A stretch of 59,498 bases of DNA, counting the filler, from Sphacelaria rigidula (lineage: Eukaryota): NCBI GenBank assembly GCA_964200075.2. It is 8 parts of 8 records of this genome, joined end to end, with 100 filler letters (N's around TTAATTAATTAA, not from the genome) between each part and the next. Parts side by side here need not be neighbours in the genome. Positions count along the whole stretch, not along the records: positions 44,701 to 52,049 come from CAXNAA020015301.1; positions 52,150 to 59,498 come from CAXNAA020015302.1; 6 more parts are not named here. One strand, written 5' to 3'. The notes beneath the pieces were generated by a model, which ran no database searches, had not been told where the DNA came from, and saw only the letters and a program-made list of their open reading frames with translations. Position numbers and translations under genes: made by a program. This document shows, in pieces, positions 48,579 to 59,498 of this stretch. Positions within the stretch are counted from its first letter, which is position 1. Each line of letters opens with the position of its first letter.

Positions 48579-50896
48579 TCAGTGTAGGATCATCAGCTTC
48601 AGATTTCTGAACGGTTGGTGGCCCCCTGTGCTCACAGCCTGCACGGCACGCGCTTTGCCCAAATCGGCGCCAACGGCGCTAATTCAATCTTTTCCAACGA
48701 ACGCACACTCTGTCTTGGATACGGTATATTGTAAATATACATCTCGTGCCCAAGGGTACCAGGCGTGCCTGCTCTTGGTTGGCGTCAGGGTTCGGGTTCA
48801 CTATTAGGATAAACGTCAAGGTTCGAAAAATCCAATAATGTTGTCAACCATGGAAATTTGACAAAAAATTCACGTCAAGCCTACTCTCGCGGGAAAATCA
48901 CACACCGTCATGACGTCATCACGACCATCATCACGAGCATACCAGCATGACGTCAGAGGGATGGGTAACAGCATGCACCATTCGCGTTTCACCTGTCGGT
49001 TTTTTCGCTGCATGCGGGCCGTCATCTGCTCGTCACACCGCTCGGTGAACCGTATGCACCGGGCCAGCACCGCGGCCATAACCCGGCTGGCTTCGGAAGC
49101 AAACATGTGATCCGCAAGCTCCACCTCGTCTTCTTTCGATAGCTCCGGCATGCTCTCCACCCTACACAAACGTGATGTTTACATACCAGAAAGGACAGAC
49201 GCGATAAATAACGCAAGTTAAAAAGAAAACACGCACACATATATATATATACACACACACATGGCGTGCGCGACAAAACCTCAACCATTTAGCAAACGTG
49301 GACTACTGACGGCCAAAACGGTCTATTGGAGGTAGTCGTTAGCAGACATAGGCAACGCCACTATGACCGGCGTGACACTCAGGACGTAAAAATGTATGTG
49401 GAGGTCCACAATGAATGAAGGGATGTCCACCATCTCAGGCGCCTATTGGATTCCACACAGGCCAGCCCACAGCTACACCCCAACACTAACCCTTACCCTA
49501 CCCCTGACCCCAACGGGCAAACCGTAAACCCTCGAGCAAAGAAGTCGTAGATACATGATGCCCAAGTAAAGTGTGTATCGCTTTAGTTCAATCGACGCCC
49601 AGGCGCAGACGCAGATTTGAGCAAAAACGTGTTACCAGCGCCGTGCCGCTAAAGTGCCCCCTGCATACCATGATGTCGATTCGAGTCAAAAATCAGGTAT
49701 AACCCGTCTGAAAGATCCAAAATGCGCCTGATATAGTAAACCCTACTAGACATAGTGCAGTGCAGTGCGTGTAGCAGAACCATGTAGTTTCAGTTCTACA
49801 GTTTCGGCAAAATAGGCCGCGGGATAAACAACGACAAAAACGCGAGATCTATTCCGCCGAAGTCATGTTGCAGAGGCCGGTCATTTTCACTCTTTCATCT
49901 GTCTCTGTTCATTCGTTTGTTTCCATCTCTGTTCTCAGTCTACTCTTGTCTGTTCCACTTCCCTGTTTTCTGTTTCTCACTTCCCCTTAGCCAATGTTTT
50001 CTTTTTGTATTTTATGCCGGATACGTCCACCATGCGACCACGGCTGGATCTGTGGGGGATCAGTCATGTGTGTGTGTTACGTGCTGTCGTCCCATCTACT
50101 CTGGACACCAGGCTACGCCTTTTGATATGTGCGGACGCATCAGCCGGGATCACACAGGAGGAAGGCCAGCCAGCAAATTAAGTTTTTTCCCTCTCTATTC
50201 TGTTCAAATACTCCAACTTCCTTCTCCGGTGCTTGCCTTACTTCTCATGGCGAGAAGTGTTCAGCCGTCTCTTTCCCTCGTCGACCGTGAACTCGAACTT
50301 TGTGTACCCACGACGTAGTCGCTCTCCACCGTTGTCGGGCGCGATGTGATGAACGAATCCCAGATCGTGTGACTTCAACGACATTCGGACCCCCACGTCT
50401 CAACCGTCAAAAGGCTTCGAGCTTACACCATCTCAGCCACCGGGGGCGACCGGCAAGTTGATGTAGGCCGATCAATCAATCAGTTAATGAATTAACCAAA
50501 TAACTAAAGTAGAGGCCATCTGACTCAATGACTCCATTGCGTCAGAGTGACACATAATGTTCTACTTGCTTTTCTCACCGCGTAGGCAGGATGTCCGTCG
50601 GCCGGGGCACGGCCAGTACGAGCTGCGGCGGCGGAGGCAGCATCGGCAAGTCGCACAGCTCGAACATGGCTTCCAGCAATCGCGTCACCACCACACCGCG
50701 GAGCTCCTCGCTCTGTGTGTATATAACAATGTTTTCGTGATATTGAGAGTAGAGGATACGATTGAGAGTGAAAATCGGTCAATTAGTGAATGAATCGTTT
50801 CAGTTCCGAAATACCCCTCCGCGCGGCTCGATATGTTTTCTCCAGTAGCTTGCCACTGAGGCCCTTGATATCCTCAAGTAGGATATCGATGCGTAG
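48579..50896 (-). CDS. 3' part of a spliced host gene, hypothetical protein
   Basis: Exons 50712-50579 (SEELRGVVVTRLLEAMFELCDLPMLPPPPQLVLAVPRPTDILPTR, ends phase 2) and 49161-48993 (VESMPELSKEDEVELADHMFASEASRVMAAVLARCIRFTERCDEQMTARMQRKNRQ) have AG/GT ends, matching phase and GC-rich third positions. Likely last exon 48638-48579 (AVSTGGHQPFRNLKLMILH*); possible upstream exon 50896-50815. Confidence 0.68.
50067..50454 (-). mobile_element. tRNA-derived SINE, second copy, intronic
   Basis: Reverse complement GCCGGTCGCCCCCGGTGGCTGAGATGG...GTGGGTACACAA..ACGGTCGACGA...CCTTCCTCCTGTGTGA...TAGATGGGACGACA..(AC)n matches 30795-31149. Confidence 0.8.
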
Positions 50897-52049
50897 CTGT
50901 AAGTACACGCTAGTGATGGAGGCAAAGAAAAACACACACGGGATGAAAAAATGGTCAAGTTAGAGTGAATGACCAAAACCACTCTCGATCAGCGCTCTAC
51001 TCGCAATCTCACGAAAACGTTGTTATATATACATATATACATAAATATGCGGAAAGATCCCTCCCAGCGAGCCGTCCGGACCCGCGGTCCCCAACCCCCG
51101 GCGTACGTACGTACAGACAGATAGAGAAACAGATGCCGTGAAAGTTTGTAGCAATCGAAGATGCGTGTAGTCAAGAACAAAAGCATGGGACAAAAGAATA
51201 TATATATATATATAACAAAAGTAGTGTAGGGCGTATACAACGACTCCACAAAAATAATAATACTGCTCTATGGTAGTGTATGTCGATTCATTGTGCGTGC
51301 ACACCGCGCGAGCAAAAGACACGAGCATACGCGTGGGACGAAGGTCTACGCTATGGAGAAGAGTTGACGGATAAACATTCATTTCTTCTTCTCACGGCCA
51401 CAAATGGAACACCGAACCAAGAAATGGCGTGCAAAAAACACTGAAAAATAAAAGGAACGACCAAGGCGGACAACGGCGGCTGCGGTGGCGAATACACACC
51501 AAAACTTTTCGAACACTAAACAAGACGTGTACACCGTAACATAACGTGATTCTCACCTATCGTGCGTACGTATTTTGTGTCGAAATCTAGCACACACACT
51601 GAAAAACAAAAAAATGGGGAGAAAAGAGACCCCCCCCCCCCCCCCCCCTCGCCGAAGGCAGGGACGGGAAGGGAAAAGGGAGGGGAGGTGGATTGGGGGG
51701 AGAGNNNNNNNNNNTATAAACGAGATAGGGATGAAAGTTTGCTTGCAAAGCCACAAAAAAGCTGAAAAAAAAAAAAAATGGGGAAAAAAGGGGCCCCCCC
51801 CCCCCCCCCATCAACAGGATCGGGATAAGAGATGTAAAAGGAGTTGGTGTATTGTATGGAAGAAACGTAGTGAGCGCCGGAATATTGGAGGTGTCTCTAT
51901 TGGGAGTAGGAATGGTGCTCCGTCTCGAAAGGGATGCGCGGTCAACGGTCAAACGACTAAGGCAAGGAAATTGAGTACCCCCCCCCCCATCATGAGTACA
52001 CCCCCCCATTAATCCCCAGGACGGGGATAAGATATGTAAGAGGTTCTTG

Positions 52050-52149
52050 NNNNNNNNNNNNNNNNNNNNNNNNNNNNNNNNNNNNNNNNNNNNTTAATTA
52101 ATTAANNNNNNNNNNNNNNNNNNNNNNNNNNNNNNNNNNNNNNNNNNNN
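52050..52149. other. Artificial contig spacer
   Basis: N44-TTAATTAATTAA-N44. Confidence 0.98.
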
Positions 52150-52964
52150 TTCATGCGACTCGCCGAACACACCACGACGCTCCGCGCTTGGTGGTTTGAT
52201 TGCAAGCCTGGTCCGGCGAAAACCCGGCGTGCTACGTCCCGGCTTTGTAGGGATGTGAGGTCAATGGTCTGATGACTATAGCATGCATGATCATGAATAC
52301 ACCCCCCCTCAGCAACTCGGATTTTCGATCTTGGGGCCTACGTGTCCCGAAAAATATTTTCAACAAACCCTTGGGCGACCCGTACCTTTGAACTCGGTGC
52401 CCCGTAGTTCACTCACGAGCCTATTGCTAAGCATTGCTATAGCCGGTGAGCAACGTGAAATAGCATTGAACAGAGCGATAACGAATACGAGTGAACGAGA
52501 GTCTTTAAGATAAAGTCGATATAGCTTACTGCATGAAGTTACTGAGGTGTGAACTTCTTCGGACACGAACTGATACACAGCACCCTTGCAGGGACTGTCA
52601 GACTTGACCCATCGTCACATTAAGGTGTACGTTTCACAACCTTATCACAGCACGAGAATAAAATTCTTCAACAGCCTCAGCTGTATACAAATCCATATAG
52701 TAGGCACAGGTCGTATAAGTTTTGAAAATACCAGAGCTCTAAACGTGACACATTAGACTACACGTCGCGTCAAAAATGTGACGTCTTAACATAATACGTC
52801 AGTTGCGTCACGTCACGCTTGTGACGTCATAAAAAGAATACGTCAAGTCACGTCATGTCATGTCACAATTGTGACGTCTTAAAAATTATACACAACGTCA
52901 CGACACAGTGACGTATTTTGAAACATTCACGTGTGACGTGTGACGTGTGACGTGAAAACACTTC

Positions 52965-54707
52965 ACGAAGGCCATGGCACAACGGCTTGAAAATTGGGAA
53001 GGAGTACTAGGCCAATACTGGTATGCCATCGGACACATTCCTGGAGAGCGCAATTGTTGGGGAGATTTGTTTTCCCGCAGGGTGAAGGTTCCTACCGTGC
53101 CTGTTCGTTCTGTTGCCGCGTACAACCCGTGTGATGCCGATGATTCGCTGCCCTCGTTAGATGTCATTCGTACCGCTCAACGCAAAACAGTCGGCGACGG
53201 TGTTCATTCTTTTCCTACGACTTTCGGTCAAGCTACTATGGCTGATGATGGTCTATTTCGCGTGCGTGTTGGCAGTAGTGATGTTTTGTGGACTTCGTCG
53301 GATGATGAGGCTCTACAAACTCGCTTGATGATGTGCGCTCACATGCGGTCGGCTGGTCACCGTGGTGTAGCGCCGACTCTGTTTCGTCTGAAAGAATACT
53401 GTGTTTGACCTCACATGGATTCCCACGTTCGCGAGTTCGTTCGCCAGTGTTTGCATTGTCTAGACACTCGTGCTGGTGAGATTGTACCTCGCCCGTATGG
53501 CGATACTGTTCATGGTACTGCGCCAGGTGAAGTTGTTCACTTTGACTTCCTGTACGTCGGAAGTAGCGAACCTGAAGGTGCTAAGGTCTGCCTGAGGAGG
53601 ATGGTTTTCGGTACGTTCTCGTCATCATAGATGATTTGTCCAATTTCGTTCGGTTGGAGCCGACCGAGGCTTGCACCGCCGAGGTTACGGCTAGGCACTT
53701 GCTCCACTGGTGCAAGTCTTTGGGGGTGCCGCGTGTTTGGGTTAGCGATACCGCCACGCACTTCAAGAATCGAGTGATCGCGCAGCTGAGCGATGCGCTC
53801 AAGGTGCAACACCACTTTGCTGTTGCGTATACTCCTTGGTCGAATGGTACTTGTGGACGCATGGTATAAGAGGTTATTCGTGCGTTGCGGTCTATTTTGT
53901 CGGAACAGCGACGACCGGCGTCTGAATGGGTTGGTGTTTTGCCAGCCGCTCAGTGGGTGTTGAATGCTTCTTTTCGTGAACGCTACCGTTACACCCCGTA
54001 TTGTGTGATGTTTGGGCGTGCGCCGCGTACAGCGTTTTCCGCGCTGGCTTCTGTGACTGGCGGTGAGTGGAACGATGATGTCATGGATGCTGATTCGTTG
54101 CGTGACAAGGTTCGAGGCGTGATGAACGAGCAAGTGCGGTTTTGTAACGAAGTGCAAACTGCTGTCGCGGTGTCGCGAAACCAAACGCAAGCTTGCTCAG
54201 AGCCAGGCTGTATTGCTCGAGTTTGCAGTCGGAGATTTCGTCTTGTACGCCCATGTTCGTAGGCAAGGTGTGACGTCAAAGTTGATGTCCACATGGGCAG
54301 GTTCGTGGCGAGTGGTCGGAGCCGATCACGCTCGAGTGTATTTGGTGCAGAACATTGTTTCTGGCGCCGTGCACTCGGCCCATGTCGCTCGTTTACGTTT
54401 CTATGCTGACTCGCAGTTGCACATCACTGCGGAACGAAAAGATGTATTTCAGCATTCGTATACTCAAGGTGAATGTCGGATGAATGCTTTGGTACACGTC
54501 GCTGAGGATGACAATGGTGATGTCATTGTTTCGGTCGATTGGGAAGGGTTCGGTGCTGAAGAACGTATGTGGGTGTCTCTTCGCAAGATTCATTCTTCTG
54601 CGCCTCAATGTGTTTTGAAGGAACTGCGTAAAATGCNNNNNNNNNNAATGCGGTTGACTCGGGCGCTGACCAGTAAATTAGCGTCGGAGTATGGTATTTC
54701 TTTGTGA
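52965..54707 (+). mobile_element. 3' half of a second Gypsy family: RNase H end, integrase and chromodomain-like C-terminus; decayed
   Basis: IGHIPGERNCWGDLFSR; HHCC finger CAHMRSAGHRG..CLHC; core VHFDFLYV..WVSDTATHF..WSNGTCGRM; GPF/Y-like WAGSWRVV; VDWEGFGAEERMWVSL. Several stops and frameshifts. Confidence 0.9.
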
Positions 54708-54785
54708 TCTGGCGCATGCGATTTCGCCTCGGTTTTTGTTGGTTGTCAAACCCCTTCGTTTGTCTTGAATTCGTTTTGAGGGTGC

Positions 54786-55043
54786 TGTAGCCAAATAATA
54801 CTGAGCCGTAGGTTTCAGTATAATCGCATGCATGATTGGAGCAGTGGCAGGGGACAAGGGATCCTGGATTGATGACCCTCATATGTATGGCACCTTGCTG
54901 TCTAGCTCTTGATGTGGTCTGTTGAGGATCACTCCGTGATAATAACAAGTGAGAAGAAAGGACTTGTTGAGCACGAGGCCAGTGCTACTGGAGGAGTCCC
55001 TCGCGGATAGTCCTCTTGTCCCGATCGTCTGGCAGAGGCTACA
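54786..55043 (+). repeat. Probable 3' LTR of the Gypsy remnant (258 bp)
   Basis: Starts TGTAGCC and ends GGCTACA (7-bp inverted ends, TG...CA), ~80 bp after the pol stop; no second copy in the window to confirm. Confidence 0.65.
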
Positions 55044-55057
55044 AGGCCAACTTTCGG

Positions 55058-56120
55058 CCAGGTATACCTGATCTAGGAATTCGTTTTCAATCGTATCTTA
55101 TGTGGGCCACCAGTCGGCCCCGAGGGTACCTGTCCTGGGCCATCGCTTCCCACACTGTACCTGATGTGGCACACGGCACGCGAGGAAATCCGCGCGCCAA
55201 TTCCAACCATTGCGCCCACACATTCAGCTCTTTTCCCGCTCATTTGCCGTTCACGAACGCCGCAACGACCACACCCCTTTCTCCCCGGAAGTAGTTCCCA
55301 AGTCTCTCCGCATCGACACAAGAACTGGACTCACAACTCACAAGTCGTCGGTCTTTTGCGCTTCCGGAGTGTCAGTGTTATGTAACATCGTGCCGTTAGC
55401 GTGCCGTCACCAGGAACGGTCAACACATAATCGATGGTTGGTCCAGGGAACGGTAAGAACCGTCACGCATATCTAAATATAGGGATAGCACAGTAATATA
55501 GCGTTCAGCTCCAAAGAGTAACATGCGCCCGACAGAAACACACACGCAAGCATGATCTATCTCGATCGTGCGTGACGATCACCAACGACGAGCAAGAAGT
55601 TCGAATAGTGCTATCCTCAGCTCCATGTCTGGTGTTGGGTCTGTCATTGTTATTGCATGTTACTCTTTGGAGCTGAACGCTATATTACTCTGCTATCCCT
55701 ATATTTAGATATGCGTGGCAGTTGTTACCGTTCCCTAAACCAACCATCGATAACGTGTTGACCGTTCCTGGTGACGGCACGCTGACGGCACGCTAGCACC
55801 AGCCCCAGATCGCGACGGCACGATGTTACATAACACTGACACTCTGCAACCGCAAAAGACCGACGCGTTGTGAGTTGTGAGTCCAGTTCTTGTGTCGATG
55901 CGGAGAGACTCGGGAACTATTTCCGGGGGAAAAGGGGTGTGGTCGTTGTGGCGTTTGTGAACGGCATAGGAGCGGGAAAAGAGCTGAATGTGTGGGCGCA
56001 ATGGTTGGAATTGGCGCGTGGATTCCCTCGCACGCCGTGTGCCGCATCAGGTTCAGTGTGGGAAGCGATGGCCCAGATAAGGTACGATTGGAAACGAATT
56101 CCTAGACCAGGTATACCTGG
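55058..56120. mobile_element. Long foldback element with ~470-bp inverted arms and a ~128-bp spacer
   Basis: 55058-55526 is the reverse complement of 55655-56120 with two short indels; both ends read CCAGGTATACCTGRTCTAGGAATTCG. Confidence 0.88.
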
Positions 56121-57171
56121 TGCATGTATGTCCTAGAAAGGGGGAGTAGTTTCTGGAGGCGAGGCGTTCTTCTGCGCATGGCCATATATCGCGAGTAACA
56201 TTTCTATTTTTTTTCCGAGGCCTGTGTCCCGAGGAGCCCCTCGATTGCTGTGCGTGAAACGTTCGGAGCAAAATCGGCCTAGATTGTGTGTTTCGCTGTT
56301 TTTGCGTGTCCGCTCATTTTTCGTGCTTTTCTTGGGCAAAATACGAGAAGGTATACCTTTTCTAGGCCATTGCCTTTCCTTTAGGATAGACCTTGGGAAC
56401 GTTCATAAGCATCGAATTCTTCTCGCAAACAGAATGTAAATGCACTTTCGGGCCGTGATGTATGGCCTCGCTTACCGTAAAAAAGGTATGTCAACAATTT
56501 GTAAATCCCGCGTTACGGGGGAATTCTCACAACATCAGGGCGCTTCTAATTTCAATTTATTTCGGTGTTCGTGACGTTGCCGTCTCGGATTTCGGTGGTG
56601 AAACCGGGATGGGTTGGGCTGGGCCCTGCGCGCCTGATCCCCCAAAATGAGCCCAAAACGTGTCACGGACCACAAGCACGAACAGACCGGAGATGTCGTT
56701 CATCCTCTGACTATGCACGCCGAAAAATCCCTCAAAGTACTTGTGATTTGAGTAGGGTTTCCATTCCACGCTTTATAAGTTTCTTGTTCCGGAGGACGAA
56801 CCACGGCAAGGCTCGGCTACTCAACGACATGTATTTGGCCAAGCTAAAATTGTACCGGGTGGTTTTACCTAAGACCTTACGGTGATTGAGAAAATCGCAG
56901 AAACAAAAAACATGTTTTTTTCACTTACTTCGTTATAAAACTTGCATCCTGATGAAATAAAAAAATCAACCGGTACAATTGTAGCTGTCGTCTTGGCCCA
57001 GATGATGCAAAAGGTCGCATCCCAATCAATGGCCGTGGCGATAAGTATTCTCTGAAACAGATTCGGCTGTGATCGCGAAGACGCACCTCCAACCCTCGCC
57101 GGTCTCCACAAAACGCGAAAACCTCAACCCTGTCTAACGGCCTCGGAATAGATGACACCTATGAATGACTT

Positions 57172-57588
57172 TTGATAGTGCAGATGGTTGATACATCGGA
57201 TATGTGGAATGTTGCAGAATTTGAAGAGTCGACCAAGCCCCCAAAAGCGAGAATCATCTTCGCGATCTCGCAGCAGCGGAGAGAACAAATTATAACACTG
57301 GCCTTAACGAAGGCATACCGAGAACCATCGGGCAAGGCGGGTGCGAGGTGTTTCGTAGGCGAAGGGTGCGTTGCCAGACCTCGAACCGGCGCCCCAGGCG
57401 CCGATTTAGACAAGAACGCATTCTGGGACGCTAGGAGAGCTAGGAGAACAGCCCCCATGAAAGATCCGGATTCCGGTTCACACACCAAGATCGAGATTTA
57501 CCTACTCACGCTCCAGAATGGGAAAGTATACTGCGCCAAGACGACACAAAGTCGTCGGCCCACTTTCGCTGAAGCCACATGGCACTGA
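57172..57588 (+). pseudogene. Possible decayed ORF with an EsV-1-7-like Cys motif and a GIY-YIG-like nuclease N-terminus
   Basis: RCFVGEGCVARPRTGAPG...AFW resembles the EsV-1-7 pattern Cx4GCxxxPxFGxxG...FCxxH; IYLLTLQNGKVYCAKTT resembles IYxLxLxNGKYYVGxT. Motif resemblance only. Confidence 0.35.
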
Positions 57589-59498
57589 AGCCCCAATCAT
57601 GTCTTTCAGTGGACTCACCCATCCTAAGACACGCATCTGTTGTATCGACAACGGTGGGTGACGGACGACCGTTTGTTTTCATTCCCTCTTGAAAAACAAC
57701 ATCTTTGGAGTCCGATGAACCCCTAGACCGCGAGGGTAGTCCATCTGGACCATGCATACTTTTTTGAAGTGAAAAATGATGCCGATTCAGCATGTGACCA
57801 AACCGTCGCGGTCAAAGAGCTACTTAATATCATATTCATCAAACGAAAAGCCATGCCCCCGGAACAACAACTACACTTTGAAACGCGAGTCATTCGTCCG
57901 ACAAAAGTTGTGGAATCATGGCAGCAGATGAATCACGCTCCTCGAAACATGACGAGGTGGTGGACCACCACCTGCCGAGCCCACATTGTACACCCGGTGA
58001 CTATTTGTACTCCACTCGTCTGTGTAAGAGCCGCCCTCGTTGAAGTTCATCAGTACACAAATATATGACTTTGTCGCATGTTGAGCACATCATGTTGACC
58101 CAACTTTGATCCGCCCGAAAATGATTCAGCTTCCTGGTTTCACTTACCGCCGTTGGACTACAAATGTTCACGGCTGATATTACTTTATTTGAGTGCGTAC
58201 AACGAGAATCGGAATTTTAGTAGGGCTGACGGTCCCGTGTACTCCTCGGGTGCGCACAAGGCGTTTTCGTTGAAATCTGCGCCACAGGAGCCGATTTGGG
58301 GTCTACCAAGGCCTCACTTCCTTCAGGGAATGTATGTACCGCCCTTGCCCGAGTGAACGCGGTGTGCGTTGGGTTGGTTTAACCCAATCAGCCTCCTTGC
58401 ATGTCAGGGTATCGCAAGCGCGGACGAAAGGCGACGCGGTGGCATGTAGTATATGAGGAAAAACGGGAATAACGGTAGAGTTCTGATTTCAGACGGCAGT
58501 CTACATTTTTTCGATATGAATTTTGGATCCATGCCGTTCTCTTCCGATGACGTAACGCGCATTTTAGTTCACGAGCCTGGATAAGCCCCAGAAGTCGGTA
58601 TGTTCGTGTCTGTTCGTGATTTTGATCGGTGACACTTTTTTTGCCCATTTTGGGGGGTCAGGCGCACCCATAACTGTGTACCAACCGCATCGTGACGCAT
58701 TCGGCGGTACTACCTGCTCACTGCACAGCGGTGGGGTGCGGGGTGACAAAGCACACCGCAGGACGTGACATTCTTAGCCTATCCCTGTCCTGCATTGATT
58801 TCGCGTTGTCCTATGCAGTTCGCCACATCATGAATGCACCCGCTTGTATCTGCGGCAAACGTGTACGCAGGATATCACGCCAAGCGCTACAGTATATCGC
58901 TACGTCACATTCTGTAAAGCTGTCCGTGTTGCAGCTACAGTGTGCGTTTGCCCCAGGTGGCGCGCGCAGGAGGGGAAAGGCCACCTTCGCCGCTGTATTG
59001 GCTGCTTGTATCTTGGGCGAAGCTGAATGGTAACACAGCCGCGGCTGGTGCGCCCACATATACAGATAGCGACAGATGTTAAGCAACTCTTATTTGGAGC
59101 GAGGCTCGGGTTCTTATTCCCTCTCCGATTGCTGCAGAAATGCTTAAATCCAAGTTCTTATCGTTCGAGGAGGTGCAAAACGCCAGATGTAATTTTGAAT
59201 TTCTTATTTTGCACAGGTATGCAATACGGCATTTTTTTTTCCCTGAGCGCTCGTCAAGAATAATGTTTGGCACATTGCATCCATCACGCATACTGTGTTT
59301 CACCAGATTTTCAGTATATGACGAAGCTCTCTAGGGCTGCAGTGGTGAAAGTTCATGTTGCCCACCTCCGACGACTACAAAACTGCTGTAGCACCAAGGG
59401 TCTGTCGAGCGAAAAATTTCGGACACGTAGCCCCCCCCCCCCCACCACAGAATACAGCAACTCATTGTAAGCCGTCATCCAAATGCAAGATAATCAGT

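Noticed and set aside
49478..49535. Telomere-like CCCTAA repeats (and TTAGGG-like words at 48785-48825)
   Set aside because: Short, highly degenerate and intronic; no evidence of a chromosome end.
31340..50896. TGT exons, the adjacent Gypsy and the 48579-50896 exons as one gene or one linked system
   Set aside because: They are on three different concatenated contigs, and the 48.6-50.9 kb exons lack TGT N-terminal motifs (NTYHL, TDSGGFQ) and appear to end in their own stop codon.

Overview
Eukaryotic, transposon-dominated DNA, most consistent with a brown alga (Phaeophyceae). That assignment is an inference from the intron-rich genes, the TE types and an EsV-1-7-like motif. The window is not one locus: it is eight contigs of 7351, 7350 (x4) and 7349 (x3) bp, sorted by length and joined by an artificial 100-bp spacer (N44-TTAATTAATTAA-N44), so adjacency across spacers has no biological meaning. 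Two host genes are visible, both partial and on the minus strand. One is five phase-consistent GT-AG exons (31340-36896) of a queuine tRNA-ribosyltransferase (TGT) with bacterial/Chlamydia-like rather than QTRT1-like motifs. The other is 3-4 exons (48579-50896) of an unidentified protein. The rest is decayed or non-autonomous mobile DNA: an internally deleted Copia with paired LTRs, other Copia remnants, RTE-type LINEs, two Gypsy remnants with chromodomain-like ends, tRNA-derived SINEs, Harbinger- and piggyBac-type MITEs, long foldback elements, and two ~250-bp MITE families with GAC...GTC ends and GC-rich 4-bp TSDs. I found no intact novel multi-gene system. The best leads are the bacterial-type spliced TGT, the unclassified GAC-ended MITEs, and a decayed EsV-1-7-like/GIY-YIG-like segment.
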